DNA of 24,000 nt from Minisyncoccia bacterium (GTDB lineage: Bacteria; Patescibacteriota; Minisyncoccia; Phycocordibacterales; JAACPR01), in NCBI GenBank assembly GCA_044375695.1, contig JBILMG010000003.1, positions 10,204-34,203 on the forward strand. The letters run 5' to 3'. Position 1 is the first letter of the stretch; each line of letters begins with the position of its first letter. This document shows positions 8,298-15,700 of this stretch, one piece after another. The notes beneath the pieces are model-generated. The model had not been told where the DNA came from. It saw only the letters and a program-made list of their open reading frames with translations, and did not search any database. Made by a program: the position numbers and the translations under genes.

Positions 8298-8689
8298 GCC
8301 TTCGGCGCGCGTCCCTCGGAGAGCACCGCGTCGAGGTTCTTCATGACGTCATCGAGCGAGAGGGTAGCCTTCACCAGGTAGCGGTCGGCGCCGAGAGACT
8401 TGGCGCGGGCGATGTCGTCTTCCTGGCTGTAGTTAGACAGGACGATAATCGGTACCGCGGCTAGGCGGGCGTCTTCGCGGAGCTGCTTCAGGAGCTCGAA
8501 GCCGTTGGTTCCGGGCAGGAGAATGTCCAGGATAACGACGTCAGGAATTTCGGCTTCAATGGCCGCGAGGGCCTCATCCGCGCGGCTGGCGCGGATGAGC
8601 TTGCGGCCTTCGTGGGCCATTTTCTGGGACACGAGGCCGGAGAGGAACTCGTCGTCCTCGATCCAGAGCGTGGTTTTGTCGGTGGCCAT
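8294..8689 (-). CDS. Single-domain (CheY-like) response regulator
   Basis: I chose the internal ATG at 8689 (MATDKTTLWIEDDEFL...). The longer listed ORF start (8806) would overlap the kinase gene. Receiver motifs: IEDDE, VILDILLPGTNGFELL, PIIVLSN, YLVKA. There is no output domain. Confidence 0.85.
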   Translation of the reverse strand: MATDKTTLWIEDDEFLSGLVSQKMAHEGRKLIRASRADEALAAIEAEIPDVVILDILLPGTNGFELLKQLREDARLAAVPIIVLSNYSQEDDIARAKSLGADRYLVKATLSLDDVMKNLDAVLSEGRAPKA

Positions 8690-8693
8690 AGGC

Positions 8694-10277
8694 CTAATGT
8701 ACCACGGAGGCCGGCGTGGCGTCGGCGGTCGGCAGGCGAACCAGGAACGAGGTGCCCTCGCCGGGGCGGCTGGTGAATGAAATGGTGCCGCCGTGAGCTT
8801 CCACAATAGACTTCACAATGGCGAGGCCGAGACCCGATCCGTCGGCCCGCTCGCGCACGGCGTTGCTGGCGCGGAAGAAGCGGTCAAAGACGTGGCGCTG
8901 CTCGTCCTCGGGGATGCCGATGCCGGTATCTTCGACGCCAAACTCGATGCGTCCTTCGTTGGCCTGGCGGAGCGACAGGCGGACCGTGCCGCCCTCGCGG
9001 GTGTACTTGGTGGCGTTATCGATTAGGTTGAGCACCACCTGGCCAATGGCGGTCCGGTCGGCGAGGGCGCGAACCGATTTATCGCGGGCGTGGTTTTCGA
9101 CGAAAATGCGTCGGTTCTTGATTCGGTCGGCGAGCGAGAAGAGCGTCTCTTCCACGAGCTCAGACAGCGCGACGGGTACGGCGGCGTAGCGGGTTGCGCC
9201 GGTGCGCACGAACTCGGTTGAGAGCATGTCGCCCACGATGGCGATGAGCTTGCCCAGGGCGGACTCGCTCTGCTCGATGAGCTTGCGCTGGTCGGTCGAA
9301 AGCGTACCGGCCTCGCCTCGACTGAGCATGCCGAGGGCCCAGCGGACGCCGGAGAGCGGGGTGCGCAGCTGGTGAGCGGCCACCGAAATGAACTCCGACT
9401 TGCGCGCGTCTACCGCCCGCAGCTCCTCGTACGCCTGGCGCAGCTCCTGGGTACGCTCTTCGACCTTGGCCTCGAGCGAGCGGTTGAGGGTCTCGAGCTC
9501 TTTGGTCTGGGCCCGGACGCGCCGCTCGAGTTCGCCACGAGACAGCTGCGCGAGCCACTCGTCGTCCTCGAGCACGTGCTCGGGCAGCGAGGCGAGCACC
9601 GGCTGCATCATGTCGGCGGTGTAGGTGGCGCGGAACTCGCGGACGAAGCGCACCACGATGTCGCGCGCGGGTTCGGCTCCGAGGAGCACCTCGGTTCGCG
9701 CGTAGAGCGCGCCGGAGGCAGCCTTGAAGCGGCGCACCATTTCCGAGACGGAAACGGTGACGTCGTCGCGGAGCGACTTAGCCAGCTTGTCGGTCGATAC
9801 GCCCGACGGGCCAACCGAGACCAGCGCATTGAAGCCTTCGGGGAGCTCGGCGACCAGGGATCGCAGGTGGCTCTCGCCGAAGCGTTCCAGGATTGCCGCG
9901 GCCAGGCGCTCGAAGAAGATTTGGAGCATGACGATGGCGCGGTCGCGTGGCTCGGCGAAGACGACGCGGAACTCGCGGTCGAGGTCGTTGATTTGGGCGC
10001 GGGTGCGCACGGCGCGCCGCAGCGACTCGGCGCCGTCGGGGAAGCGGTCGGGGGTTGCCGTGAGCAGGTGGTCTTCCCAGGCGAGGTACACGCGGACGAA
10101 CGCCTGGTTCGGCCCGGGGTGACGGGCAATCATCTGCTCGACCTGGAAGACGAAGCTCTCGAGAGCGTCGAGCTGCTTGGTTTCGCTGGCGAGGTAGTCA
10201 AAAACTTGGCGCGCGGCCCGCTCGAAAGCTTGGTTGCGCTCTTTTCGGCCCAAAAACCAGGAGAAGATGTTAGCCAT
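8694..10277 (-). CDS. Sensor histidine kinase (no obvious transmembrane segment)
   Basis: 527 aa. H-box SVAAHQLRTPLS, N-box NLIDNATKYT, G1 VEDTGIGIP, G2 GSGLGLAIVKSIVEAHGG. A coiled-coil-like stretch precedes the H-box. Confidence 0.9.
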   Translation of the reverse strand: MANIFSWFLGRKERNQAFERAARQVFDYLASETKQLDALESFVFQVEQMIARHPGPNQAFVRVYLAWEDHLLTATPDRFPDGAESLRRAVRTRAQINDLDREFRVVFAEPRDRAIVMLQIFFERLAAAILERFGESHLRSLVAELPEGFNALVSVGPSGVSTDKLAKSLRDDVTVSVSEMVRRFKAASGALYARTEVLLGAEPARDIVVRFVREFRATYTADMMQPVLASLPEHVLEDDEWLAQLSRGELERRVRAQTKELETLNRSLEAKVEERTQELRQAYEELRAVDARKSEFISVAAHQLRTPLSGVRWALGMLSRGEAGTLSTDQRKLIEQSESALGKLIAIVGDMLSTEFVRTGATRYAAVPVALSELVEETLFSLADRIKNRRIFVENHARDKSVRALADRTAIGQVVLNLIDNATKYTREGGTVRLSLRQANEGRIEFGVEDTGIGIPEDEQRHVFDRFFRASNAVRERADGSGLGLAIVKSIVEAHGGTISFTSRPGEGTSFLVRLPTADATPASVVH

Positions 10278-11151
10278 TCTGGTTCGTTGCCCCGGCGAAG
10301 CGAGCCACGAAGGGGCGAATGATGTAGGTGATGCCGACCGCCTGCGCTAGGCCTGTGGCCAGGAATAGCTGGTCAGAGACGTCTCCTTCGACGTAGGTGC
10401 CGTTCTGAATGAGGATTGAGTACGCGACGTCTCCGGCTGCCATGAGCGCGATGCCAACGGCGAAGACGAAGAGCCCGAAGGACATTTTTCCGGCGGAGAC
10501 GCGGGCGATGATGACCGCGAGGGCAACGTAAATTGCGTCGGTGGTCAGGTAGAGGATGCTCATGGCCTCAGAAGCCACCTCATCCAGGGGGACGTTGGCG
10601 CCGGTGAGAAAATCGAAGACCGCCATGTTGCGGCCGAGGGTGAGGGTGCCGAGGAAGAGGAACGACACGGCGACGCACGCGCCGGTGACAACGCTCGCCT
10701 CGAGGATGAGGGTGCGGGTGACCCGCATGGAGTGAATTTTAAGGAACATCCAGAGGCCAATTACCACCAGCGGCGTGTAGAGGAAGAAGAAGGCGTCCGC
10801 CAGGGAGGGGTAGGGAACTTCGGCCTGGGCCACGAACTTGTAGTAAGCCTCGACGACGAAGCCGACCGCCATTGAGAGCATGCCGATGCCGATGGTGAGG
10901 AAGGCGCTCCCGAGGTAGCTGCGCACGCCGAAGCGTCGCGCGCCGGCAATCGAGACCGAGCCGGCGATGGCGTACGAAGAGGTAAGGCAAATCGTCAGCA
11001 CCAGGGCGAGCGGCGTCGCGCCGAAGAGGTAGCCGTTCGTGAGGAAGAGAAAAATAGAAGCTGCGGCAACCAGGCTGAGGGCGACGGTGACGAAGCGGCG
11101 GCTGGGAAAATCCATGTGGGGCAATTGTATCTTGCCGCGACGCGGAACCAA
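10270..11151 (-). CDS. Polytopic membrane protein, translationally coupled to the histidine kinase
   Basis: 293 aa from a TTG at 11151, with an alternative ATG at 11115 (MDFPSRRF...). Multiple hydrophobic helices run throughout. Its stop overlaps the kinase start by 8 nt (10270-10277). Confidence 0.7.
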   Translation of the reverse strand: MVPRRGKIQLPHMDFPSRRFVTVALSLVAAASIFLFLTNGYLFGATPLALVLTICLTSSYAIAGSVSIAGARRFGVRSYLGSAFLTIGIGMLSMAVGFVVEAYYKFVAQAEVPYPSLADAFFFLYTPLVVIGLWMFLKIHSMRVTRTLILEASVVTGACVAVSFLFLGTLTLGRNMAVFDFLTGANVPLDEVASEAMSILYLTTDAIYVALAVIIARVSAGKMSFGLFVFAVGIALMAAGDVAYSILIQNGTYVEGDVSDQLFLATGLAQAVGITYIIRPFVARFAGATNQNG

Positions 11152-11220
11152 TGCGGGTTATCCAGGGTCTACGGGCACTTTATCTGGTCGCGCGCGTCGC
11201 GTGGTAACCTGGCGCACGTT

Positions 11221-11934
11221 ATGGAAAACAAAGGAGCAATTATTTTTACGGACGGATCGTCCCGCGGAAACCCGGGGCCAGGCGGCTGGGGTTTCGTTTT
11301 GGCGCACCAGGGGCGCGTGCGAGAGGGCGCTGGCCGCGAGGCGCGAACAACCAACAACCGCATGGAAATTCTCGCCGCGGTCGAGGCTCTCGCCGCGCTG
11401 CCGGAGGGTTCGGTCTCCACGGTTATCACTGACTCCTCGTACCTCGCGAACGGCGCCTCGAAGTGGCTGGTCGGCTGGCGGCGCAAGGGTTGGAAGACCG
11501 CCACCGGCGGCGACGTGAAGAACGCCGATCTCTGGGAGCGCATGAACGAGCTCTTGGAAGGGCGAAAGGTGTCGTGGCGCCTGGTCCTTGGCCACGCGGG
11601 CGTGCCGGCCAACCACCGCTGCGACGAGCTCGCCACCGGCGCGGCCGACGGCTCGGTCCTCGACCTCTACGACGGTCCGTCGGCGGGGTACCGCGTGTCG
11701 CTCCAGGCGCCTGCCCCGGGTACCCAGACTCGCTCCGGTGGCGCCGACGGCAAACGGGCTTACTCCTACCTCTCAATGGTCGACGGTGAGATTCGCCGCC
11801 ACAACACCTGGCCCGACTGCAATGCCCGCGTTCGCGGCGCCCAGGGCGCCCGCTTTCGCAAGACCTTCTCGCCCGAAGACGAAGCCGCGCTCGTTTCCTC
11901 TTGGGAAGCCGACGGCGGCCAGAAGAGCTGGTAG
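11221..11934 (+). CDS. rnhA: Ribonuclease HI with a C-terminal hybrid-binding-like domain
   Basis: I chose the ATG at 11221 (MENKGAIIFTDGSSRGNPGPGGWGF...). RNase H motifs: TDGS, NNRMEILAAVEAL, ITDSSYL, HAGVPANHRCDELA. The C-terminal ~50 aa (YSYLSMVDGEIRRHNTWPDCNARVRGAQGARFRKTFSPEDEAALV) resembles the RNase H1 hybrid-binding domain pattern W-x-[DE]-C...V-x-G-x-x-G-A-x-F-[KR]-K-F...[DE]-E-A. Confidence 0.85.
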   Translation: MENKGAIIFTDGSSRGNPGPGGWGFVLAHQGRVREGAGREARTTNNRMEILAAVEALAALPEGSVSTVITDSSYLANGASKWLVGWRRKGWKTATGGDVKNADLWERMNELLEGRKVSWRLVLGHAGVPANHRCDELATGAADGSVLDLYDGPSAGYRVSLQAPAPGTQTRSGGADGKRAYSYLSMVDGEIRRHNTWPDCNARVRGAQGARFRKTFSPEDEAALVSSWEADGGQKSW

Positions 11935-11974
11935 CCGCCGCTACCTCGCCTGAAGCTCTGCTAGAATTTCGGCC

Positions 11975-12718
11975 ATGCTAGAAAAATTTCTCGAGGAAAT
12001 CGGCCTGTCGGGCAACGAGGCAAAGGTTTACCTGGCTCTTCTAGAGCTTGACCACGAATCGGTGCTCGAGCTATCTCGCCGAACCAGTATCAACCGAACG
12101 ACCATCTACCCGATTCTCGAGTCGCTCGCCCGGCAAGGCTTGGTGTCGGAAGTGCAGATTGGCGCCAAGACGCACTACCAGGCCGAACCGCCTGAGCGGC
12201 TAGAGACAGTGCTGGAGCGTCGTAGGGTAGAGCTCGACGGACACCGCAAGCGTCTCTCGGAAGTTGTGCCTGAGATGAAGAGTCGCATGCGCGAAGGTGC
12301 GGCTAGACCTGTGGTGAAGTACTACGACGGCAAAGAGGGCGTTGTCTCCTCGATGGAAGACTTCTTTAGTGCCGGCGCAGAGAAGTCCGACTCCATTTAC
12401 ATGGTTTACAACAAGGATCGTCTGGACGGTCACTTTACTGAGAAAGATCGAGAGCGTTACCGTGGCAAGCGGGTGCACGCTAACGTTCCGGCGGTAGCCT
12501 TGTACTGGTCTGAGAAGGTAACGCTTCCTGAGAAAGGGGTGATGTCCGAGTGCAAGAAGCTTCCGGCTGACGCGGAGGTGCTTTGTGATTTGGCGGTTGC
12601 GGGAGACAAGGTCCGCGTCATCACGCTCGGCAAGAAAGTCTCGAGCCTGATTATCCAGCACCCAGATATCGCGCACACCCTGCGGGTGATACTGAAAGAT
12701 TACTACCGGCGCCTTTAG
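11975..12718 (+). CDS. TrmB-like helix-turn-helix transcriptional regulator
   Basis: 247 aa. The N-terminal winged-HTH (LGLSGNEAKVYLALLELDHESVLELSRRTSINRTTIYPILESLARQGLV) is typical of the TrmB family. It is a paralog of 18648..19400. Confidence 0.8.
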   Translation: MLEKFLEEIGLSGNEAKVYLALLELDHESVLELSRRTSINRTTIYPILESLARQGLVSEVQIGAKTHYQAEPPERLETVLERRRVELDGHRKRLSEVVPEMKSRMREGAARPVVKYYDGKEGVVSSMEDFFSAGAEKSDSIYMVYNKDRLDGHFTEKDRERYRGKRVHANVPAVALYWSEKVTLPEKGVMSECKKLPADAEVLCDLAVAGDKVRVITLGKKVSSLIIQHPDIAHTLRVILKDYYRRL

Positions 12719-12726
12719 TGAGGCTC

Positions 12727-13080
12727 GAAAAAATAAAAGAATAGTCCGGCGTCGCAAGGTGCGACGCCGGACCTGTTTTCGTGGGCCGATTAGTGATCGG
12801 CGCCACCTTTTTCTAAGAGAGAGCTTCTCTCTGGTGGTGGGGGAGGGTTAGTGATTCACTTGGCCACCCCCTTCTCGTTTTGTTTTTTCACTTCTTTTTC
12901 CTCGGGGAGGTTTGGCTAGGCACTGTTAGTCGCGCGGTGTCGCGGGTTGGGGTCTTTCGACCCGTCACCCGCTCCGACCTGCTTCTTAGTGGTCCATCTG
13001 CACCTCCCTGTTGATTGTTGCCTGTCTCGTGGCGCCTGGTGGGCGTCGCAGATTTCCGGTCTGCCCGCGAGATATATTCT
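12727..13080 (-). ncRNA. Candidate ~350-nt non-coding RNA of unknown class
   Basis: It runs from the predicted TSS (~13079/13080, 6-7 nt downstream of a perfect minus-strand TATAAT) to the bidirectional terminator at 12744-12780. It contains no ORF beyond 3 codons. Many helices are visible, e.g. GCGGG..GGGUC-GAAA-GACCC..CCCGC, AGAGAGA-AGC-UCUCUCU and GCCGAU-CACUA-AUCGGC. There is an A-rich linker and a duplicated AUCACUAA motif. Confidence 0.45.
12744..12780. terminator. Bidirectional intrinsic terminator
   Basis: Perfect 13-bp stem GTCCGGCGTCGCA (12744-12756) / TGCGACGCCGGAC (12760-12772), loop AGG. CTGTTTTC lies downstream on the + strand. An A-rich run (GAAAAAATAAAAGAATA, 12727-12743) upstream gives UAUUCUUUUAUUUUUUC on the minus strand. 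Confidence 0.75.
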
Positions 13081-13085
13081 TTTTT

Positions 13086-13113
13086 ATTATAGCAGAAAAT
13101 ACAGGTATGTCAA
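13086..13113 (-). promoter_or_regulatory. Perfect-consensus sigma70-type promoter (leftward)
   Basis: The minus strand reads TTGACA (+13108-13113), a 16-nt spacer, then TATAAT (+13086-13091). It is embedded in an AT-rich island. Confidence 0.7.
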
Positions 13114-13229
13114 CAAACTTCCGTTTTTTCTGCTGCGGGTGACTAGACGGAATAAAAATAAATGTGTCATATAAAAACAACAAAATCTTATTTAACCTTG
13201 TTAATAAAAGCTACTTTAATAAATTTAAC

Positions 13230-13257
13230 TTGACAAAATATTTTAATCGGCTATAAT
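13230..13257 (+). promoter_or_regulatory. Perfect-consensus sigma70-type promoter (rightward) with an A/T-rich upstream tract
   Basis: TTGACA (13230-13235), a 16-nt spacer, then TATAAT (13252-13257). About 90 nt of A/T tracts lie upstream (UP-element-like). Predicted TSS is about 13264. Confidence 0.75.
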
Positions 13258-14014
13258 GCCCGCATAAGAACGTTCAAACAGTCTGACAGGTGCCTTTCGG
13301 CCACCGAATCGATTCCCCCTCCAGCAACCAACAGCCATGAAGCTCGTAGTGCTTCCGAACGGCCTCGTCATCTCCGCTAAGGAGTGGCAAGCCATTCGCG
13401 GTCGCTAATCGCGATCGTTATCTGCTTCCCGGCGAAAGCTTGGGTGGCGGGGGCTAGAGGGGCCCTGTCAACAGAATGAATTCCGCGGCTGTGAGGCTTC
13501 TGATTTCAGCCCCGCGGGAACCATCAGGTTCCCCCATCTATAGAGCCGCCGACCTAGGTCAGGCCGGCGGCTCTACGGACGGATGATCTTTAAAAAGCTC
13601 TAGAAACCCCTCCCACGCGGCTCGCGCACGAAGAAAGCTGCGCGCTCGGCCCGCGTGGGAGGTTGCAGCTCCAGGCCGTTCCGGAACCAGCGTCCGGCGT
13701 AAAAGAGGTGGCACCGTCTGTGGAGACGGGAGATCGCCACAGGATTAAACGAGCCTTCGCCCTATGCGTGGTCGACAGTTTCTCGAGAGATCCTGAGCGG
13801 TTTCTAGAGCCGCACTGCAAATATTTCTCGCTAGTCGTTAGCGGGTGTCAGGGGAAAAGCTAAGACCTCAAGGCTCCCCGAAGTACTCGCGTTCGCCGAG
13901 CTGGTTGCCCGGCGCAAAGAGGGACGCAGCCGGGGAACTGCACCCCGACACCAAAGAGCAGTCGATTGTGTTTCGGCGCATCGATCGGTCTGGGCACCGA
14001 AAACCAAAACGCCC

Positions 14015-14065
14015 ACCCTCGCGGGATGCGTATCCGGCCTGACGAGTCCGAAAGGACGAAAGGGT
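14015..14065 (+). ncRNA. Hammerhead ribozyme, type III (HH1)
   Basis: ACCCU-C| then stem I GCGGGAU-GCGU-AUCCGGC (one G.G mismatch). Then CUGACGA, stem II GUCC-GAAA-GGAC, GAA, and AGGGU pairing back to ACCCU. All core positions are present (C3 U4 G5 A6 N7 G8 A9, G12 A13 A14, A15.1-U16.1, C17). Predicted cleavage after C14020. Confidence 0.75.
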
Positions 14066-14540
14066 CAGACGAACATTCAAACAGAGGAGAAACTCTCCGC
14101 ACCGCCCGGCGCGCGAACCAATCGCGAATCGAGTGGTGCGGGGAGTTGGTTGACCCCTAGGCACGTGAGGTGGAGGGAGCTTCTGGCCCTCACCCGCGAC
14201 CTGATAGTCGCGGGGCAGTCCTGACCGACTGAAGAACGTCGTGCATCGAGAATCGCCAATACGGCTGGCTCATCGTTGAGCCAGCCGCGGAGGAGAAGCG
14301 GGTTCCTGAACCCGTGAAGTATCCACCGCTCCACAACATCTCCCCAAAGGAGAGACACAAGGTTTCGCGCTCCTGCGAGGCCTGTGTGGAGACACCGAGT
14401 CAGGGCAGTGCCTCTAGTCGAGAGGCGGCGAACAGAGATTCGCCGAAGCACTGCAATCGATGCAACGGGCTAGAGCTCGGCGGCAGATTCGGCGCACTTT
14501 TGCCGACTCATCAACCACCTAAAATCCGGCGCGTCAGCGC

Positions 14541-14600
14541 CGGACCCTGTCTCCGGGTGTGTACCCGGACTGACGAGCCCGAAAGGGCGAAACAGGTTCG
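14541..14600 (+). ncRNA. Hammerhead ribozyme, type III (HH2)
   Basis: CGGA(C)CCUGU-C| then stem I UCCGGGU-GUGU-ACCCGGA (7 bp, perfect). Then CUGACGA, stem II GCCC-GAAA-GGGC, GAA, and ACAGGUUCG, giving a 9-bp stem III with one bulged C. GUC cleavage triplet. Predicted cleavage after C14551. Confidence 0.9.
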
Positions 14601-14785
14601 ATACACGACCGCGCGTTCGCCGTCCTGCTGACCCCATTGCGGGGCACTGTCTCGACCCGAGCTTCCACTCTCAAGTGGGCCGGGAGACCGGCAAGACGGA
14701 CGGCGCGTCGGGGCGAAGATGTGGCCATCGTCACCCCGACGCGCCGAAAAGGCGCCTCGAGATCTTTCACAGAAAAACGTACCAG

Positions 14786-14837
14786 CAGCCTGCATCGGCG
14801 CGACGACGACCTATCGTCGTCGCGCCGATGCAGGCTG
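14786..14837 (+). repeat. Perfect 24-bp inverted repeat (hairpin with a 4-nt loop) inside the large RNA
   Basis: CAGCCTGCATCGGCGCGACGACGA (14786-14809), loop CCTA, then TCGTCGTCGCGCCGATGCAGGCTG (14814-14837). There are no mismatches. Confidence 0.9.
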
Positions 14838-15700
14838 AGACGACAGCCAGGGCAGGAGCGGCAGCGCCAGGAACCTAGTGCCGAGGACCGTTCGGTCCGG
14901 TGACGCTTTTACGTCGCTGAGGCGGGCAGGCTCTGTTCGCAAGCGTTTCTCGCGTCGGGTTAAAACCGGTATTAGCCGGATAACCCCGACGTTGTAGAGG
15001 CCCCGCAATAGGCTTCGAGAGAAACGTACGGCAATCGATATCCTAGGACAAAACTCTCTTCGCCTGAGAGTAGCTCCACACCCGCGCGAGCGGGGAACAG
15101 ACTGGAACCACCAGCTGGAGGATTTTCGAAAGTCAGGGAGGAGGTCGAAACGCGGCGTTGCGGCTGCGCGTAGGCTAAACCACCCATCGTCAATTTTTGC
15201 CTTATGGCCTGGTACGGAACCATGGTCCTTGAACCCACCAACCGACAGCTCGGCCTCCCGCGTGTTGCGGTCGGCACCCGGTACGGGTCGCCGAATCTCT
15301 GCCGCCTGGTAGATGTGCGCGTTCCCCGGTTCGCCCGCGACGCGCGGGGCCAGAAGCGCGCGCTCTCCAGAAAGGAGCGTCGCAAGCTCGCCCGCATGGT
15401 GTGGCACTTCGTCCAGCACGAAGGTCGCCACGGATGCGCGTCGATGCTCGGCGCCACCTTTGGCGGCGTGCGCGGCGGAAGGCCGGAAATGCGCGTCGTG
15501 AGCAACGACGGGCCGCCGGAATGGTGACGAGGACCTAAATTCCCGGAGCTCTTACGAGGGAGCGTTCGTACGGGGCGGGGAGGAGCAGACCTCCCTCTGA
15601 ACAGAAGCTCGGGCTGACTCCAAATAGCCCCCGAGCAAAGCGGATTTAAAGCCAAGGTTTCCCACAAACCTGCCCGGACGAGCACCTATCGCTCGCCGGC

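Noticed and set aside
12727-13080. The minus-strand ~350-nt RNA as RNase P RNA, tmRNA or SRP RNA.
   Set aside because: RNase P: there is no GAGGAAAGUCC...ACAGAAnnCGGCUUA pair in the right order. Only a weak GAGGAAAaag and ACAGUGCCUAGCC are present, and they are in reversed order. tmRNA: there is no GGUUCGAnUCC T-arm, no tag ORF and no 3' acceptor end. SRP: there is no GNAR-capped helix 8 with the AGCA / GGAA loops.
13420-13535. A possible twister/pistol/hatchet-type ribozyme in the 5' module (helices CCGCGG...CCGCGG, GGGAACC-AUCA-GGUUCCC, and a nearby AAGC).
   Set aside because: From memory of those consensus structures, I could not align the conserved nucleotides or pseudoknots. This needs a covariance-model scan and is not claimed.
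14221-14260. CUGAAGA at about 14229 and CUGACAG at about 13282 as hammerhead cores.
   Set aside because: The first has no downstream GAAA junction or stem II. The second has G8/A9 swapped (CAG instead of NGA). Neither has a matching stem III or cleavage triplet.
13590-15685. Listed ORFs inside the 3-kb gap, e.g. 14972..15685 (-) 237 aa, 14811..15431 (-) 206 aa, 14077..14451 (-), 15204..15527 (+), 14314..14631 (+).
   Set aside because: They overlap one another in different frames and strands, are dominated by R/P/S/A/G and lack any recognisable motif. Several are interrupted by the hammerhead cores and perfect hairpins. This is the behaviour expected of random open frames in GC-rich non-coding sequence.
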